A stretch of DNA of 64,000 bases from an uncultured virus (IMG/VR IMGVR_UViG_3300036766_000780) (Duplodnaviria > Heunggongvirae > Uroviricota > Caudoviricetes). The stretch lies in IMG/VR virus record IMGVR_UViG_3300036766_000780; one strand, 5' to 3'. The notes beneath the pieces are model-generated. The model was not told the origin of the DNA. It saw nothing but the letters and a program-made list of their open reading frames with translations, and ran no database searches. Position numbers and translations under genes: made by a program. Shown piece after piece: positions 40,134 through 50,721 of this stretch; positions within the stretch are counted from its first letter, which is position 1, and every line of letters begins with the position of its first letter.

Positions 40134-42290
40134 ATGAGTCAAAGAATTTCAAATGATTTTATAAATACCAACATTCCTGGGGCGTATTTTAAGACAGCGG
40201 TTAAATCAACTCCTATCGGCACTGCTTCTAGCGGTATTATAACGATTATAGGAGAAGCTTCTGGTGGAGCTAGTTATTCTCAAGATTCTGTTAATCTTAA
40301 GGATAATTTTTTTACTCCTGACCAATTAGACCAAATTACAAGAAAATACATATCGGGCAATATAATTGATGCCTTTAGAGCATTATCTTCTCCCAGTAAT
40401 GATGCAGATATTGTTGGATCAGCAACTAGAATATACGTTCTTAAGACTAATAGCGGATCTCAAGCTTCTGCCACTATAGTTACTGCTTATGGGAGCTTAA
40501 AAGATAAAAATTATGGAATTAATGGAAATAAGATTTTCTATCAAGTTTCACAAATAGCTGATGAAGCAGGTCCTTCTCACGAAGGAACTGATATTCCATC
40601 GTTAGGTGCTGGATTAACAAATGCTCAATTTGCTATTCGTTTTGATGGCGGAGCACAAACATTAATTAATGTTTTCACTGGTGCTACAACTTTATACGAT
40701 ACAATAGCAGAAGTATTTGCTTTAATAGATGCAGCTCTTCCGGCTGGATTAAGTTGTGTTGCTTCTACCGATAACCTAGGTATTAAAATATTTGCAGACA
40801 CGGATGCTTCTGCTAACCAAAAAGGTTATGGAAAAAGTTTTGAAGTGATTGAAACGGTTTCTGGAGATTTAGCTAAACTAGGTTTAGTCGAAGATTTATA
40901 CGTTTCCTCTCAAGAACCTGAAGTACAGGTAGATGTAAAAAGAACAGATACGGGATTAAACGAATCTTCTGATGTTAAAGCAGAAGTGGCTTTTACTATT
41001 GGATATGAAGGCACAACTGCCGTAATGACTATAAACGCTACTACCTTAACCACAACAGTAACTGGTGGATCTGGAGCTAACTTATCAATAACTCTAGCGG
41101 ATCGTCGCACAATAAAAGATTTAGCTGATTTTATAAATAGTCAAACAGGATATACAGCTTCTGCCGTAACCGGCTCCACACAGATTCCGCCATCAAAACT
41201 TGATCAAGTTTCTGCTTTAGGAATATGTTCTACCGGGTCTGATTTAGAACCAGGAAGAATTAAAAAATCATTATCAAATTTCGAGAACGCACTTAGTCAA
41301 AGCATTGCTGTAGATTTTACCGCAACAGCTACTAAAGGTCTTCCAGATGAGATGGCTTTTGTTGCTTATTTAAGCGGTGGAACATTAGGGGCTACTTTAG
41401 CTGCCGATGTTATCACTGCAATAGATAAAATGGAATCAATTAATACAAATTTCATAGTTCCTCTTTTTTCTAGAGATGCTTCTGAAGACATAACAGATGG
41501 ATTAACAGATAGCTCATCTACTTATACTATTGCTGCTACTAATGCAGCAGTTAAGAGTCACGTTCTAAAAATGTCAACTTCTAAATTAAAAAAACATAGA
41601 AGCGCAATTTGTAGTATCTGGGGATCATATTCTGATGCGGCGGCTCAAGCTTCTAGCTTAGCAAACGCTAGAATTTCTCTTTGTATGCAGAAATCTTCTC
41701 AAGTTGATAGCTCTGGAACAATAGTTAATCATTTTCCTTGGCACACATCGTGTATTGCTGCTGGTATGCAAGCTGCTGGATTCTACAAAGCAATTGTTAA
41801 CAAACTTGCTAACGTAATAAGTTTTGAAGATCCGTCAGGATTTGACTCTGGTAATCCAGGAGATGTTTCTGCCGCTATAGATGCAGGATTATTGTTCTTA
41901 GAACAAGCAATCGTAGGTAATAAATGGATCTCAGATCAAACTACTTATGGAGTAGATACTAACTTTGTATATAACAGTATTCAAGCCATGTACGATGTAG
42001 ATTTAGTTTCTTTAGATTTAAGTAATAGTTTTCAGGTAGCTTTCGTTGGTAAATCACTTGCAGACGTAGATGCCAGTACTGCTCTTTCTTTCTTAGCTTC
42101 TAAGATGGAGAGTTATAAAAAACAAAAACTAATCGCAGCTTCTGACGATGCTCCATTAGGATTTAAAAATGCAAAAGTTAGTATAAATGGACCTATTTTA
42201 GAATTATCGCTAGAGATAAAACCAGCTTCTGCAATATATTTTATAGCTATCTCTATAGAGGTTTCTCAAGTACAGAGTAGTGCAGGTTAA
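40134..42290 (+). CDS. Tail sheath protein
   Basis: N-terminal IPGAY..IIGEASGG; LSGGT; C-terminal sheath domain; precedes the tube gene. Confidence 0.88.
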   Translation: MSQRISNDFINTNIPGAYFKTAVKSTPIGTASSGIITIIGEASGGASYSQDSVNLKDNFFTPDQLDQITRKYISGNIIDAFRALSSPSNDADIVGSATRIYVLKTNSGSQASATIVTAYGSLKDKNYGINGNKIFYQVSQIADEAGPSHEGTDIPSLGAGLTNAQFAIRFDGGAQTLINVFTGATTLYDTIAEVFALIDAALPAGLSCVASTDNLGIKIFADTDASANQKGYGKSFEVIETVSGDLAKLGLVEDLYVSSQEPEVQVDVKRTDTGLNESSDVKAEVAFTIGYEGTTAVMTINATTLTTTVTGGSGANLSITLADRRTIKDLADFINSQTGYTASAVTGSTQIPPSKLDQVSALGICSTGSDLEPGRIKKSLSNFENALSQSIAVDFTATATKGLPDEMAFVAYLSGGTLGATLAADVITAIDKMESINTNFIVPLFSRDASEDITDGLTDSSSTYTIAATNAAVKSHVLKMSTSKLKKHRSAICSIWGSYSDAAAQASSLANARISLCMQKSSQVDSSGTIVNHFPWHTSCIAAGMQAAGFYKAIVNKLANVISFEDPSGFDSGNPGDVSAAIDAGLLFLEQAIVGNKWISDQTTYGVDTNFVYNSIQAMYDVDLVSLDLSNSFQVAFVGKSLADVDASTALSFLASKMESYKKQKLIAASDDAPLGFKNAKVSINGPILELSLEIKPASAIYFIAISIEVSQVQSSAG

Positions 42291-42331
42291 GAATAATGAC
42301 AATTAATAAAATTATATTAAGGAGATAATAT

Positions 42332-42790
42332 ATGGCTAAGGCAAAAGTATACACAGGTGCGAAAGCGAAAATTTTCGTAGACAACGTTTTAGTAGGAATA
42401 TTTGATAGTTGCAGTTACTCTGTAAACGTAGGAGCAGAACCTATTCATATTTTAGGTAGATTTGGTCCTGCTGAAATTACTCCAACTTCTGCTGAAGCAG
42501 TTACGGTATCTTGTACTGGTTTTAGAATTATCGGAAATGGCGGACACGTTTTACCTAAATTCCCTAAACTTCAAGATCTTTTGCAATTAGAATCTGTTAG
42601 GTTAGATGTGATCACAAGAGATGGATCTGCAACTCTACCTATTATGTCCGTATTCAATTGTATCCCTGTATCTTACAGTACGGGTGTTAATGCTAAATCA
42701 ACTTCAAGAATTAATATTTCATACCTTGGAACGAATTCTAGCGATGAGAGTGGAGCATCGGATGAAGGGGATGCGGTTAATTTACCATAA
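42332..42790 (+). CDS. Tail tube protein
   Basis: 152 aa, beta-rich, EPIHILGRFGPAEI, directly after the sheath gene. Confidence 0.8.
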   Translation: MAKAKVYTGAKAKIFVDNVLVGIFDSCSYSVNVGAEPIHILGRFGPAEITPTSAEAVTVSCTGFRIIGNGGHVLPKFPKLQDLLQLESVRLDVITRDGSATLPIMSVFNCIPVSYSTGVNAKSTSRINISYLGTNSSDESGASDEGDAVNLP

Positions 42791-42816
42791 TCTAATTACT
42801 ATAATAGAGTTGTGTC

Positions 42817-43155
42817 ATGGATAATCAAGAAATTATATACGATCTTCTTAAAGAAATTAGGGAAGATCAAAAAGATCTAGCTGAAAAAAGCAGTAGCCAT
42901 AGAGAAGAAACTATAAGATGGCAGACAGAAGCTGGCTTTAGATTAGGTAACATAGAAGTCGATTTAAGAGAACACAAGGAAGGTGTTATCCAAAATAGGG
43001 AAGCTCTTGAACTACTACATAAAAGAGTTGAAAAATTAGAAGAACCGACCAAAGTCAGCAAATACTTAAATAAAAAAATAATGAAAATAGGTGCGGTTTT
43101 AATACTTATAATAGGCGTTATAGCTAAAGCTATAAAATTAATAAAAGGTCTGTAA
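42817..43155 (+). CDS. Coiled-coil protein with a C-terminal TM (holin/XhlA-like candidate)
   Basis: RVEKLE followed by a hydrophobic C-terminus. Confidence 0.45.
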   Translation: MDNQEIIYDLLKEIREDQKDLAEKSSSHREETIRWQTEAGFRLGNIEVDLREHKEGVIQNREALELLHKRVEKLEEPTKVSKYLNKKIMKIGAVLILIIGVIAKAIKLIKGL

Positions 43156-43204
43156 AGACCATTACCTGAAGGGTCAGGTAATTAGGTAAAGGTAAGGGAA
43201 TAGT

Positions 43205-43789
43205 ATGGCTCTAGAGCGTAACTGGTCAGCCATTTCTGCACGTCCTTTAACCTCAGACGGAACCGATTCCGGTAAAGTCACAATCTCTTCCACTAAAAAT
43301 TTCAAAGTAAAACAACAAGTTTTAATCAAAGCCACTACTCAACCAGATTTATTGGTTGAAGTAAAAAGAGTTATTTCCTCTACAGAATTGCTTGTAGGAC
43401 CCAAAGGGAGTATCAAGCTAAGAACAAACATATCCTCTTACACTACAGCCTTATCTGCCTCTATATCAGCTCCAGAACAAGAAAGACCGAGTATCTCGCC
43501 TGCTGATTATGAAAGATTCGTAATAGAAGAAGAACCAACTTTAGCTAAAAGAGTAATATTAGTTGATTCTTTAGGTAATAAAATTGATGATGATGACGGT
43601 GCAATAGATGTAAACATTGTTAATAAATTATTTAAGAAAAAGAAAAATAAAATAACAATGACTTATGATCCAATCACTCAAGACATGGCTACTATAACAA
43701 CTTTATTAAATGGGATTCCTCAAGAAATAGGGACCTTAACTTACGATTCTTTGTCTAATTTGATTGACATAGAAGTAGTGGACGCATAA
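43205..43789 (+). CDS. Putative virion protein
   Basis: ORF track; tail module context. Confidence 0.6.
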   Translation: MALERNWSAISARPLTSDGTDSGKVTISSTKNFKVKQQVLIKATTQPDLLVEVKRVISSTELLVGPKGSIKLRTNISSYTTALSASISAPEQERPSISPADYERFVIEEEPTLAKRVILVDSLGNKIDDDDGAIDVNIVNKLFKKKKNKITMTYDPITQDMATITTLLNGIPQEIGTLTYDSLSNLIDIEVVDA

Positions 43790-43790
43790 T

Positions 43791-43997
43791 ATGGCACAAA
43801 ATAGAATAAAACCAATGTACAATCCTATCGAAGATGAGATTCAATTCATAAATGATTTGGAAATGGGTTGGACTGTAAAAAATATACCAAAAGCATCATT
43901 TAAAGTATTAAATGGTTATACAAGAGTTTATCCAAATTTAACTATTCCAGACGGAATGATTATTGAAGTTGAAGATGGTGGGGAGTTGATCGTCTAG
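43791..43997 (+). CDS. Small fibre-associated protein
   Basis: LTIPDG..IEVEDGGELIV; coupled to the fibre gene. Confidence 0.55.
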   Translation: MAQNRIKPMYNPIEDEIQFINDLEMGWTVKNIPKASFKVLNGYTRVYPNLTIPDGMIIEVEDGGELIV

Positions 43998-46900
43998 TGA
44001 GTATTTTAAGAACTAATGAAATAAAGCCAGTATCTGCACCAGGAATTGGAATAGGTGCGCCTAATATTCAACCCAGTGCTTTAATAAATATACAAAGTAC
44101 TGAACAAGGTGTTGCATTACCTAGAATGACTACAGCACAACGAAATGCTATAGTTTCTCCTATTGAAGGTTTATTGGTTTATAATCTAGACGATGGTAGA
44201 TTAGAACAATATACTAGCGGTCAATGGACCGTTGCTGGTAACGGATTATCTCCAGTAAAAAATGTATTAAGGGTAATAAAAAATACAGTTTTAAACGAAA
44301 ATGATTTTTCTTCCATAAATGATGCATTAGCTTCTATTTCTGATAACTCTCCAACAAATCAATATTCTATTGAGATTGGTCCTGGAGTCTTCGTAGAAAA
44401 TCCTATTCACATGAAGCCTTATGTATATGTTAAAGGTCAAGATTTTGATTCAACTGTTATTGAGGCAAATGATCCTACTGAACATCTAATATTCGCATGT
44501 GAATTCTCTTCTATTAGCGATTGTTTACTAACAGGATCTACTTTATCAGGCAAAGCATTAATCTATTATGCAAGTACCACTGGTACATTACAAACTGCAT
44601 TTTGGGCTGAAGATGTAAGATTCGGACACGCAGATACATTAGCTATTGCCAATGGAACCTTAGCTCATTCTAATCTTTTTGTAAATAGTTGTAGATGGGG
44701 TGGAATGTATCAATTCACTACTGGTTTTATAGCAAAATCATCTGGTATTCCTTTAGGAAGAATTATATTAAGAAATTCTACTAGTTCTAAATTATCTACA
44801 CCTTTTCCTACTGATATGTTTGTTGTAGATGGAGTTGGATGCGAATTACATCTTAATTCTATAATATCTAGAACTGGAGAAGTTGGTTTAGGTGGAACAG
44901 GAATAAGAGTTAGGAATGGCGGTTTTCTTAGAATTCTCTCAGCCGATATGGATGGATGGACTAAAGGTCTTTGGGTTGAAGATATAGGAGCAGCGTGTAC
45001 TGTTATTGGCGGTGTTTTAACTCTTGTAAATAATACAATTGATGTACAAGTAGATCCTTCTACTTTAACAGGTGGATTAATAGTTGCAGACGGTGATGAT
45101 ACAAAAATCATTCTTAATAGTGCCTTAACAAATTTTGGATTTATTAGTTTAAGCTTAGAAAATGGAAATATAGTTGTTAGTGGTAAATTAGAACAAATAC
45201 AACCAGACGGAACGTTTACCGATATTAGTACATTGGCATCCAATTCTTCTCCTATGGGAATTTTAAGTGATGGAGATATAACTATTCCTATCAGCGGAAC
45301 TACTGTAACTGTAACTTCTGGAAGTGGATATTTACAAAAATCAGACGGTAGTTTAAGAAAAATAATCTGGGTAGATACTCCAATAACTCTTCCTAATCAT
45401 AGTACAAATTATTTATACTTTGATGAAAATGGTGTATTACAACACAATCCTGTCGTTCCTAATTTTATACAAAATATAATAGTAGGTCGAGTCGTAACTA
45501 ACAATGGAGATATTCTTATAACGGAAGAATCTGGGTTATTAGCTACTCATAATTCCAATAATATTGGTGAAGCTTTAAGAAAAGGATTAGGACCTATATA
45601 TGCTAGTGGGTCTACAATATCAGAAACTGGTACAAGAAATTTAACGGCTACTACTGGATCTTATTTTTATGGAGAAAGAAATTTTTTATTGAATGGTGGA
45701 AGTCCAATTTCTTTTGATACTTTTTATCAAGATGGAAGTGGTGATTATGTAGTAACTGAGAATGATACTCAAATAGATAATACCAAATGGGATGATGGTA
45801 CTGGTACTTTAGCTTCCTTAACTGCTAGTTATTATGCTAAACATTCATTATATGCTTTAGGAGATTCTACTGGAGATTATGATAACGAAGCATATTTTAC
45901 TGTTTATTCACAAGCAGAATATTCCGTATTAACACTAGCACAACAAGGAGATCTTCCAACTCCTCCACCTTATTTATCAGAAGCTGTAGTTTTAATTGCT
46001 TCAATAATTGTTCGGCAAGGAACTGCAAATATAATAGAGATTAGAGATGAAAGACCAAGGGTTGGTTTTAAGTCTAGTGGTGTTTCTGCTGCTACTTTTC
46101 ATAGCGGTCTTCTAGGATTAATAGCACCTACTGATGATCATACTCAATATATACACATTGATGGTCGCAGAGCTATGACTGGAGATTTAAGTTTAGGTAC
46201 ACATAACTTAACTAATATTGGTACGGCTAATGGCGTTACTATAGAGAATCATCATGCGAGGCATCAAACTGGTGGAGCAGACGCTATTCCAACAGTAACC
46301 ACCTCTATTGATGGGTTAATGTCTGCTTCTGATAAAACAAAATTAGATGGAATTCCAGCATCAGCAGTTCCTACTTCTCGCACTATAATAGCTGGAGCTG
46401 GACTAACTGGTGGAGGAGATTTAAGTACAGATAGAACGCTGGATGTGGTAGCTAATGCAGATGGATCAATAATTGTTAATGCAAATGATATTCAAGTAGG
46501 AATTCTAGCTACAGATGTTCAACACGGCAATAGAGGTGGGGGTGGACTACATTCAGTAGCTACAACTTCAGTTGCCGGATTTATAAGTGCTTCTGATAAA
46601 ACAAAATTAGATACCTTATTAAATGAAATATTAGTGACTCAAGGAGCAGGATTAACAGCAAATTATTCTGCCGGATCAGTCAGAATAAACGGAACTACCT
46701 ATACACTTACCGCAAGCTCTATAACAGTTGCTACAGGAGCAACCAATGGTAGAATTTATGTTGACGTAGATGGAGTAGTAAAATCTACAACTTCCACATC
46801 AACTCCAGCAAATGCAGTACCACTAGCAATCTTTTCAAGTAGCGGTGCAGCTATTACTGCTCTTTCCGATAATAGAACTTTTATTAACAATAATATAACA

Positions 46901-47833
46901 TTTGGTGCGTCAGGAGATATGACTACGATTACTCCAAGTCAAAGTGCAGCCGCAGGTTCTACTAATAAATATGCAGATGCAGGACATACACATTCTTCCG
47001 CAACAGGGACTCCTTCTACTATTAGTGGTAATGCTAATACCCAAGGAGCATCTTCTAATATTCCAAGATTAGATCATACTCATCAACTTACTGCTACAAC
47101 GGCTTTAAACGATCACGTTCCACAATTTGATGGATCAAACTGGCAAAACGTTTATCCAGAAGCTCTTAGAAATTCTTCACATGCTTGGATGAAGTTTGAT
47201 GATTTTTTTACTGGTAATAATAATAGTACGAATAACAATATTTCTGGTGATTTGAATTGGTTTTTTAATAAAAATGGTGCAGGCGGTACGGGAGATGTGA
47301 GTTCTACATTAGTAGATGGTAATCACCCTGGTATTATTAGATTACAAAGTGCAGCCGGAGGCGGTAACTATGTATCAATGGTATTAGGATTTCTTGCATT
47401 AGGCGGTGGAGCTTTAGAAATAGAATATTTAATTCAATTAGAAACGCTTGCTACGGTGACTAATGATTATGTTATAAGATTAGGGTTAGGAGATACAGTA
47501 GATGCGGATCAAGTAAACGGAGTATATTTTGAATATAATAGGGCTACAAGTGCGAATTGGTTAATAAGAACTGCTAATGCAAGTACAAGAACTACCACAA
47601 CTACAAGTACTGCGGTCGCTACCGGATCATGGATAAAATTGCATATATCTATAAATGCAGCAGCAAGTAGCATTACATATTCTATTAACGGATCAAGCGT
47701 AGGAACTATTGCGACAAATATTCCAACAGCAGTTGTTCAATTTTTTATGCATCAAACAAGAGCGGCTGGAACTCCTGTTGGATTTAATGTTGACTATTTC
47801 AGTGCTTATCAAAGATTTACTAGTGCGAGATAG
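43997..47833 (+). CDS. Tail fibre / receptor-binding protein
   Basis: LPRMTTAQRNAI..EGLLVYN; FSSINDAL..IGPG beta-helix start; DDHTQY; two GxxSASDKTKLD repeats; HTH repeats; lectin-like C-terminus. Confidence 0.8.
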   Translation: MSILRTNEIKPVSAPGIGIGAPNIQPSALINIQSTEQGVALPRMTTAQRNAIVSPIEGLLVYNLDDGRLEQYTSGQWTVAGNGLSPVKNVLRVIKNTVLNENDFSSINDALASISDNSPTNQYSIEIGPGVFVENPIHMKPYVYVKGQDFDSTVIEANDPTEHLIFACEFSSISDCLLTGSTLSGKALIYYASTTGTLQTAFWAEDVRFGHADTLAIANGTLAHSNLFVNSCRWGGMYQFTTGFIAKSSGIPLGRIILRNSTSSKLSTPFPTDMFVVDGVGCELHLNSIISRTGEVGLGGTGIRVRNGGFLRILSADMDGWTKGLWVEDIGAACTVIGGVLTLVNNTIDVQVDPSTLTGGLIVADGDDTKIILNSALTNFGFISLSLENGNIVVSGKLEQIQPDGTFTDISTLASNSSPMGILSDGDITIPISGTTVTVTSGSGYLQKSDGSLRKIIWVDTPITLPNHSTNYLYFDENGVLQHNPVVPNFIQNIIVGRVVTNNGDILITEESGLLATHNSNNIGEALRKGLGPIYASGSTISETGTRNLTATTGSYFYGERNFLLNGGSPISFDTFYQDGSGDYVVTENDTQIDNTKWDDGTGTLASLTASYYAKHSLYALGDSTGDYDNEAYFTVYSQAEYSVLTLAQQGDLPTPPPYLSEAVVLIASIIVRQGTANIIEIRDERPRVGFKSSGVSAATFHSGLLGLIAPTDDHTQYIHIDGRRAMTGDLSLGTHNLTNIGTANGVTIENHHARHQTGGADAIPTVTTSIDGLMSASDKTKLDGIPASAVPTSRTIIAGAGLTGGGDLSTDRTLDVVANADGSIIVNANDIQVGILATDVQHGNRGGGGLHSVATTSVAGFISASDKTKLDTLLNEILVTQGAGLTANYSAGSVRINGTTYTLTASSITVATGATNGRIYVDVDGVVKSTTSTSTPANAVPLAIFSSSGAAITALSDNRTFINNNITFGASGDMTTITPSQSAAAGSTNKYADAGHTHSSATGTPSTISGNANTQGASSNIPRLDHTHQLTATTALNDHVPQFDGSNWQNVYPEALRNSSHAWMKFDDFFTGNNNSTNNNISGDLNWFFNKNGAGGTGDVSSTLVDGNHPGIIRLQSAAGGGNYVSMVLGFLALGGGALEIEYLIQLETLATVTNDYVIRLGLGDTVDADQVNGVYFEYNRATSANWLIRTANASTRTTTTTSTAVATGSWIKLHISINAAASSITYSINGSSVGTIATNIPTAVVQFFMHQTRAAGTPVGFNVDYFSAYQRFTSAR

Positions 47834-47835
47834 AT

Positions 47836-48354
47836 ATGAATTTAGCAGTAAGATTATACTCCAGCATAGATTCCAATAGTAAGCCCTCTGGAATTCCCGA
47901 CAATTGGGTATCAGACGTAATAGAATTATCCATAGACGATATAAGATTACCGGATAATTTATCTGCAAATGACGGTTGGATGTTTATGACAGATTCTCAA
48001 TTATCAGACTATAAAATTCAATACAAATCTGAATACGATATTTGGTATTCTGCAATGAAAGCTCCTTCACTACAAAATAAAATTACTAATAGAATTCTTC
48101 AAGCAATGGAATTTGGAAAACAGATAATGGCAGAATACGCAGCAGAGAACGTATTAGCTGGACTCACTATACCTCAAATACAAGATATTCTATTAAGAAC
48201 AGCAAAAATACAATCTGATCTCATGACTGGATCTTTATATACAGCACTAGTTGAAATAGATTTGGTTCAAACAGATGACACGGTAATTACGCCAACTAAA
48301 GTTAAAGAATTTAGAAATAAAATACAAACCTATTTAGGGTTACCATTAAGTTAG
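47836..48354 (+). CDS. Putative fibre assembly/accessory protein
   Basis: Directly downstream of the fibre gene. Confidence 0.5.
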   Translation: MNLAVRLYSSIDSNSKPSGIPDNWVSDVIELSIDDIRLPDNLSANDGWMFMTDSQLSDYKIQYKSEYDIWYSAMKAPSLQNKITNRILQAMEFGKQIMAEYAAENVLAGLTIPQIQDILLRTAKIQSDLMTGSLYTALVEIDLVQTDDTVITPTKVKEFRNKIQTYLGLPLS

Positions 48355-48360
48355 GAATAT

Positions 48361-48861
48361 ATGAACAACATAATAATAGGTTTTTCTAAACCAAAAAAAT
48401 GGAAGATATTTGCTTGGTTAATAATGAAGGGTTATAATATACCTTATGACCATGTATATGTGAAATTTCATTCAAGTAGATATGATCGAGATTTAATATA
48501 TCAAGCAAGCGGAACTATGGTTAATTTTATGAGTTCCTCTGTATTTTATAATAATAACGATGTTATAAAAGAATTTTCTATAGAAACTAACGATGAAGGT
48601 AAAATAAAAGTCATGCAGTTTGCAATAGACAATGCAGGAAAACCTTACGGTATAAAAGAAGCTTTTGGTTTAGCATTAGTTAGAATATTAGATATGATCA
48701 GCATTACTATAAAAAATCCATTCGCTGATGGCGGATTTACTTATGTTTGTTCAGAGATGGGTTGGTATATACTAGAAAAAATAAGAAATAATATTAAGAT
48801 AGACAAAGATCCAGATGACATAACTCCATTAGATCTATATAATATATTATCTAATTTATAG
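48361..48861 (+). CDS. Permuted papain-like (NlpC/P60, YiiX-type) enzyme
   Basis: His (YDHV) precedes GKPY, VCSE and TPLDL. Confidence 0.78.
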   Translation: MNNIIIGFSKPKKWKIFAWLIMKGYNIPYDHVYVKFHSSRYDRDLIYQASGTMVNFMSSSVFYNNNDVIKEFSIETNDEGKIKVMQFAIDNAGKPYGIKEAFGLALVRILDMISITIKNPFADGGFTYVCSEMGWYILEKIRNNIKIDKDPDDITPLDLYNILSNL

Positions 48862-48942
48862 CCCTATATCTATCTTTTTGATATTTTTTAATTCTCTCTG
48901 AATTTTTTCTGTAATATCCTTTTTAAATATCTTTATTTTGAA

Positions 48943-49377
48943 TTAACGCCTAATAGAACCAGCGGCAAAAACAGCTAAAACCGTCACCGCTATTCCCGAG
49001 GCAAAAAAAAAGTAATTTTCATATCTCGATAATCTTTGTTCTTTATTTAAAGAACTATTTTGACTATAAGATTCTTCTCGCCATTTTGAAGTTCTCTCGT
49101 CCGCTTTATCTAAAGCTAAATCTTTGAGAGTTATGGTTTTTCTTAAATGAGTGGATTCATCATTTTTAGCAGCAACAGCCTTATTTAAATCATCAATCTG
49201 CTGTTTTTGTTGTTTATTTTCTTTTACTAAACGACCAACCTCAATATGACAGTCTTTATTATAAATATAATTATCGCCCTGTTGCTGTATAGTTGATACG
49301 TCACAATTACCGACATATTCAGCAAGAACGCTATTGCTAAATGTAAGTAAGATTATTAAAGCTATTATTTTTTTCAT
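48943..49377 (-). CDS. Exported coiled-coil protein with a C-terminal TM (spanin-like candidate)
   Basis: Signal peptide, Cys pair, coiled coil, hydrophobic C-terminus. Confidence 0.5.
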   Translation of the reverse strand: MKKIIALIILLTFSNSVLAEYVGNCDVSTIQQQGDNYIYNKDCHIEVGRLVKENKQQKQQIDDLNKAVAAKNDESTHLRKTITLKDLALDKADERTSKWREESYSQNSSLNKEQRLSRYENYFFFASGIAVTVLAVFAAGSIRR

Positions 49378-49706
49378 TTTTTATTCCAATCTGTATTAAC
49401 ATCATCTTTTTGTTCTGATGTGTTTTTAGCATCTTCTATGTGTTTATCTGCTTCATTTTTGGCTTCGTTTGCTTTAGCAAGTTCATCATTAGCTTGTTTA
49501 TTTAGTTTATCTTGATCTTCCTGTAGTTTATTATCGTCTATCTGAGTTTTCTTTAAGTCATCATTAGCTTTAGAAACATTTGAATTCATTAAGAATTTTA
49601 AAACAATAAAGATTAAGGCTAACGGAGCTAAAATATAGAATAATATTTTACGCAGTAAACTAGGATTGTTTTTTAAAGCATTAATTTTGTCTAAAATATA
49701 GTTCAT
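49374..49706 (-). CDS. N-terminal TM plus coiled coil (i-spanin-like candidate)
   Basis: Single TM followed by a K/D/N-rich coiled coil. Confidence 0.5.
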   Translation of the reverse strand: MNYILDKINALKNNPSLLRKILFYILAPLALIFIVLKFLMNSNVSKANDDLKKTQIDDNKLQEDQDKLNKQANDELAKANEAKNEADKHIEDAKNTSEQKDDVNTDWNKK

Positions 49707-49762
49707 ATTCCCTAACTAATGTTTTTATAGATATTAACGAAATTGTTAACATGACTAAAAAC

Positions 49763-49987
49763 TTAAGCAGCTTTTTTCATAGAAACGGTGTCATTTTCTG
49801 ACACTTTTTTACTCAACTCAGATTTGAGTTGAGTAACCTTGGACATTTGAAGTAACCTATCTGCTTCAAAAATATAGGTCTTCCAAGAGCTTATGTTATT
49901 TTCCTTAAGAACCTGAGCCAACATAAGATATGTTCTAAATTGATCTAAACATATATTTTTCACACATTCTCCTATATTATACCACAA
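49763..49987 (-). CDS. Hypothetical protein; true start probably GTG behind AGGAG
   Basis: The ORF-track start overlaps TGGTATAAT. Confidence 0.45.
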   Translation of the reverse strand: MWYNIGECVKNICLDQFRTYLMLAQVLKENNISSWKTYIFEADRLLQMSKVTQLKSELSKKVSENDTVSMKKAA

Positions 49988-50145
49988 CTTTTATTTTTTA
50001 GTATAATAAGCTATTACACAAAGTTGGTAAATAACGGCTAAAGAGAATAATCCTTCTAAAATCAAGTTCTGTGTAGTCATTAACATAAAGTCTCCTTTGT
50101 TTTGTTACTTATATTATAACACATTTTGAGGATCATGTCAATAGT

Positions 50146-50721
50146 CTAAGTATATGAAATTAAAGAGATATATTCTTCAGACCTTAACTTATACATTCCC
50201 CTAAGTAATTGATTTTTAAACTCAGTCTGTAACTGACTTTTAATTCTATGTGCTTCCAATGATAATGATTCTGTCCAATCACTCAAGAATTTTTGTTTAG
50301 TCCAAGCTACTAAGATATCGTTTTTAGGCATGTGTTCTCTATCGCCATAGGTCGGTTTTTTTACTACATTATAACTAAGTTTTTGATCTGGAATGTTAGG
50401 AATTACATGGTTTTCCATGTTATTTTCTTGATTTGGAGGATAATATTCAAGCATAAGCATATCATAGTCACCACTTACGTTCTCTTTCCAACCTTTATGT
50501 TTACCCGTTCCCTTAGATCCCTCTAAAGTTACTAAAAATTTAATAACATTAGTCTTAAAATATCGAGCTTCTACTTTATCTATATTAGATTTCCTAAACA
50601 GATCAAAAAGTTCTCGTAAGATTTCCTTCCTGATCATTTTTTGGAATTTAGTTTTACCATATTCTTTTTGAATATTATTTTTCCAATAACTAAAAATTAC
50701 ATTTGATTCAGAATCAGTCAT
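50146..50721 (-). CDS. Hypothetical protein
   Basis: ORF track; overlaps the upstream gene. Confidence 0.6.
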   Translation of the reverse strand: MTDSESNVIFSYWKNNIQKEYGKTKFQKMIRKEILRELFDLFRKSNIDKVEARYFKTNVIKFLVTLEGSKGTGKHKGWKENVSGDYDMLMLEYYPPNQENNMENHVIPNIPDQKLSYNVVKKPTYGDREHMPKNDILVAWTKQKFLSDWTESLSLEAHRIKSQLQTEFKNQLLRGMYKLRSEEYISLISYT

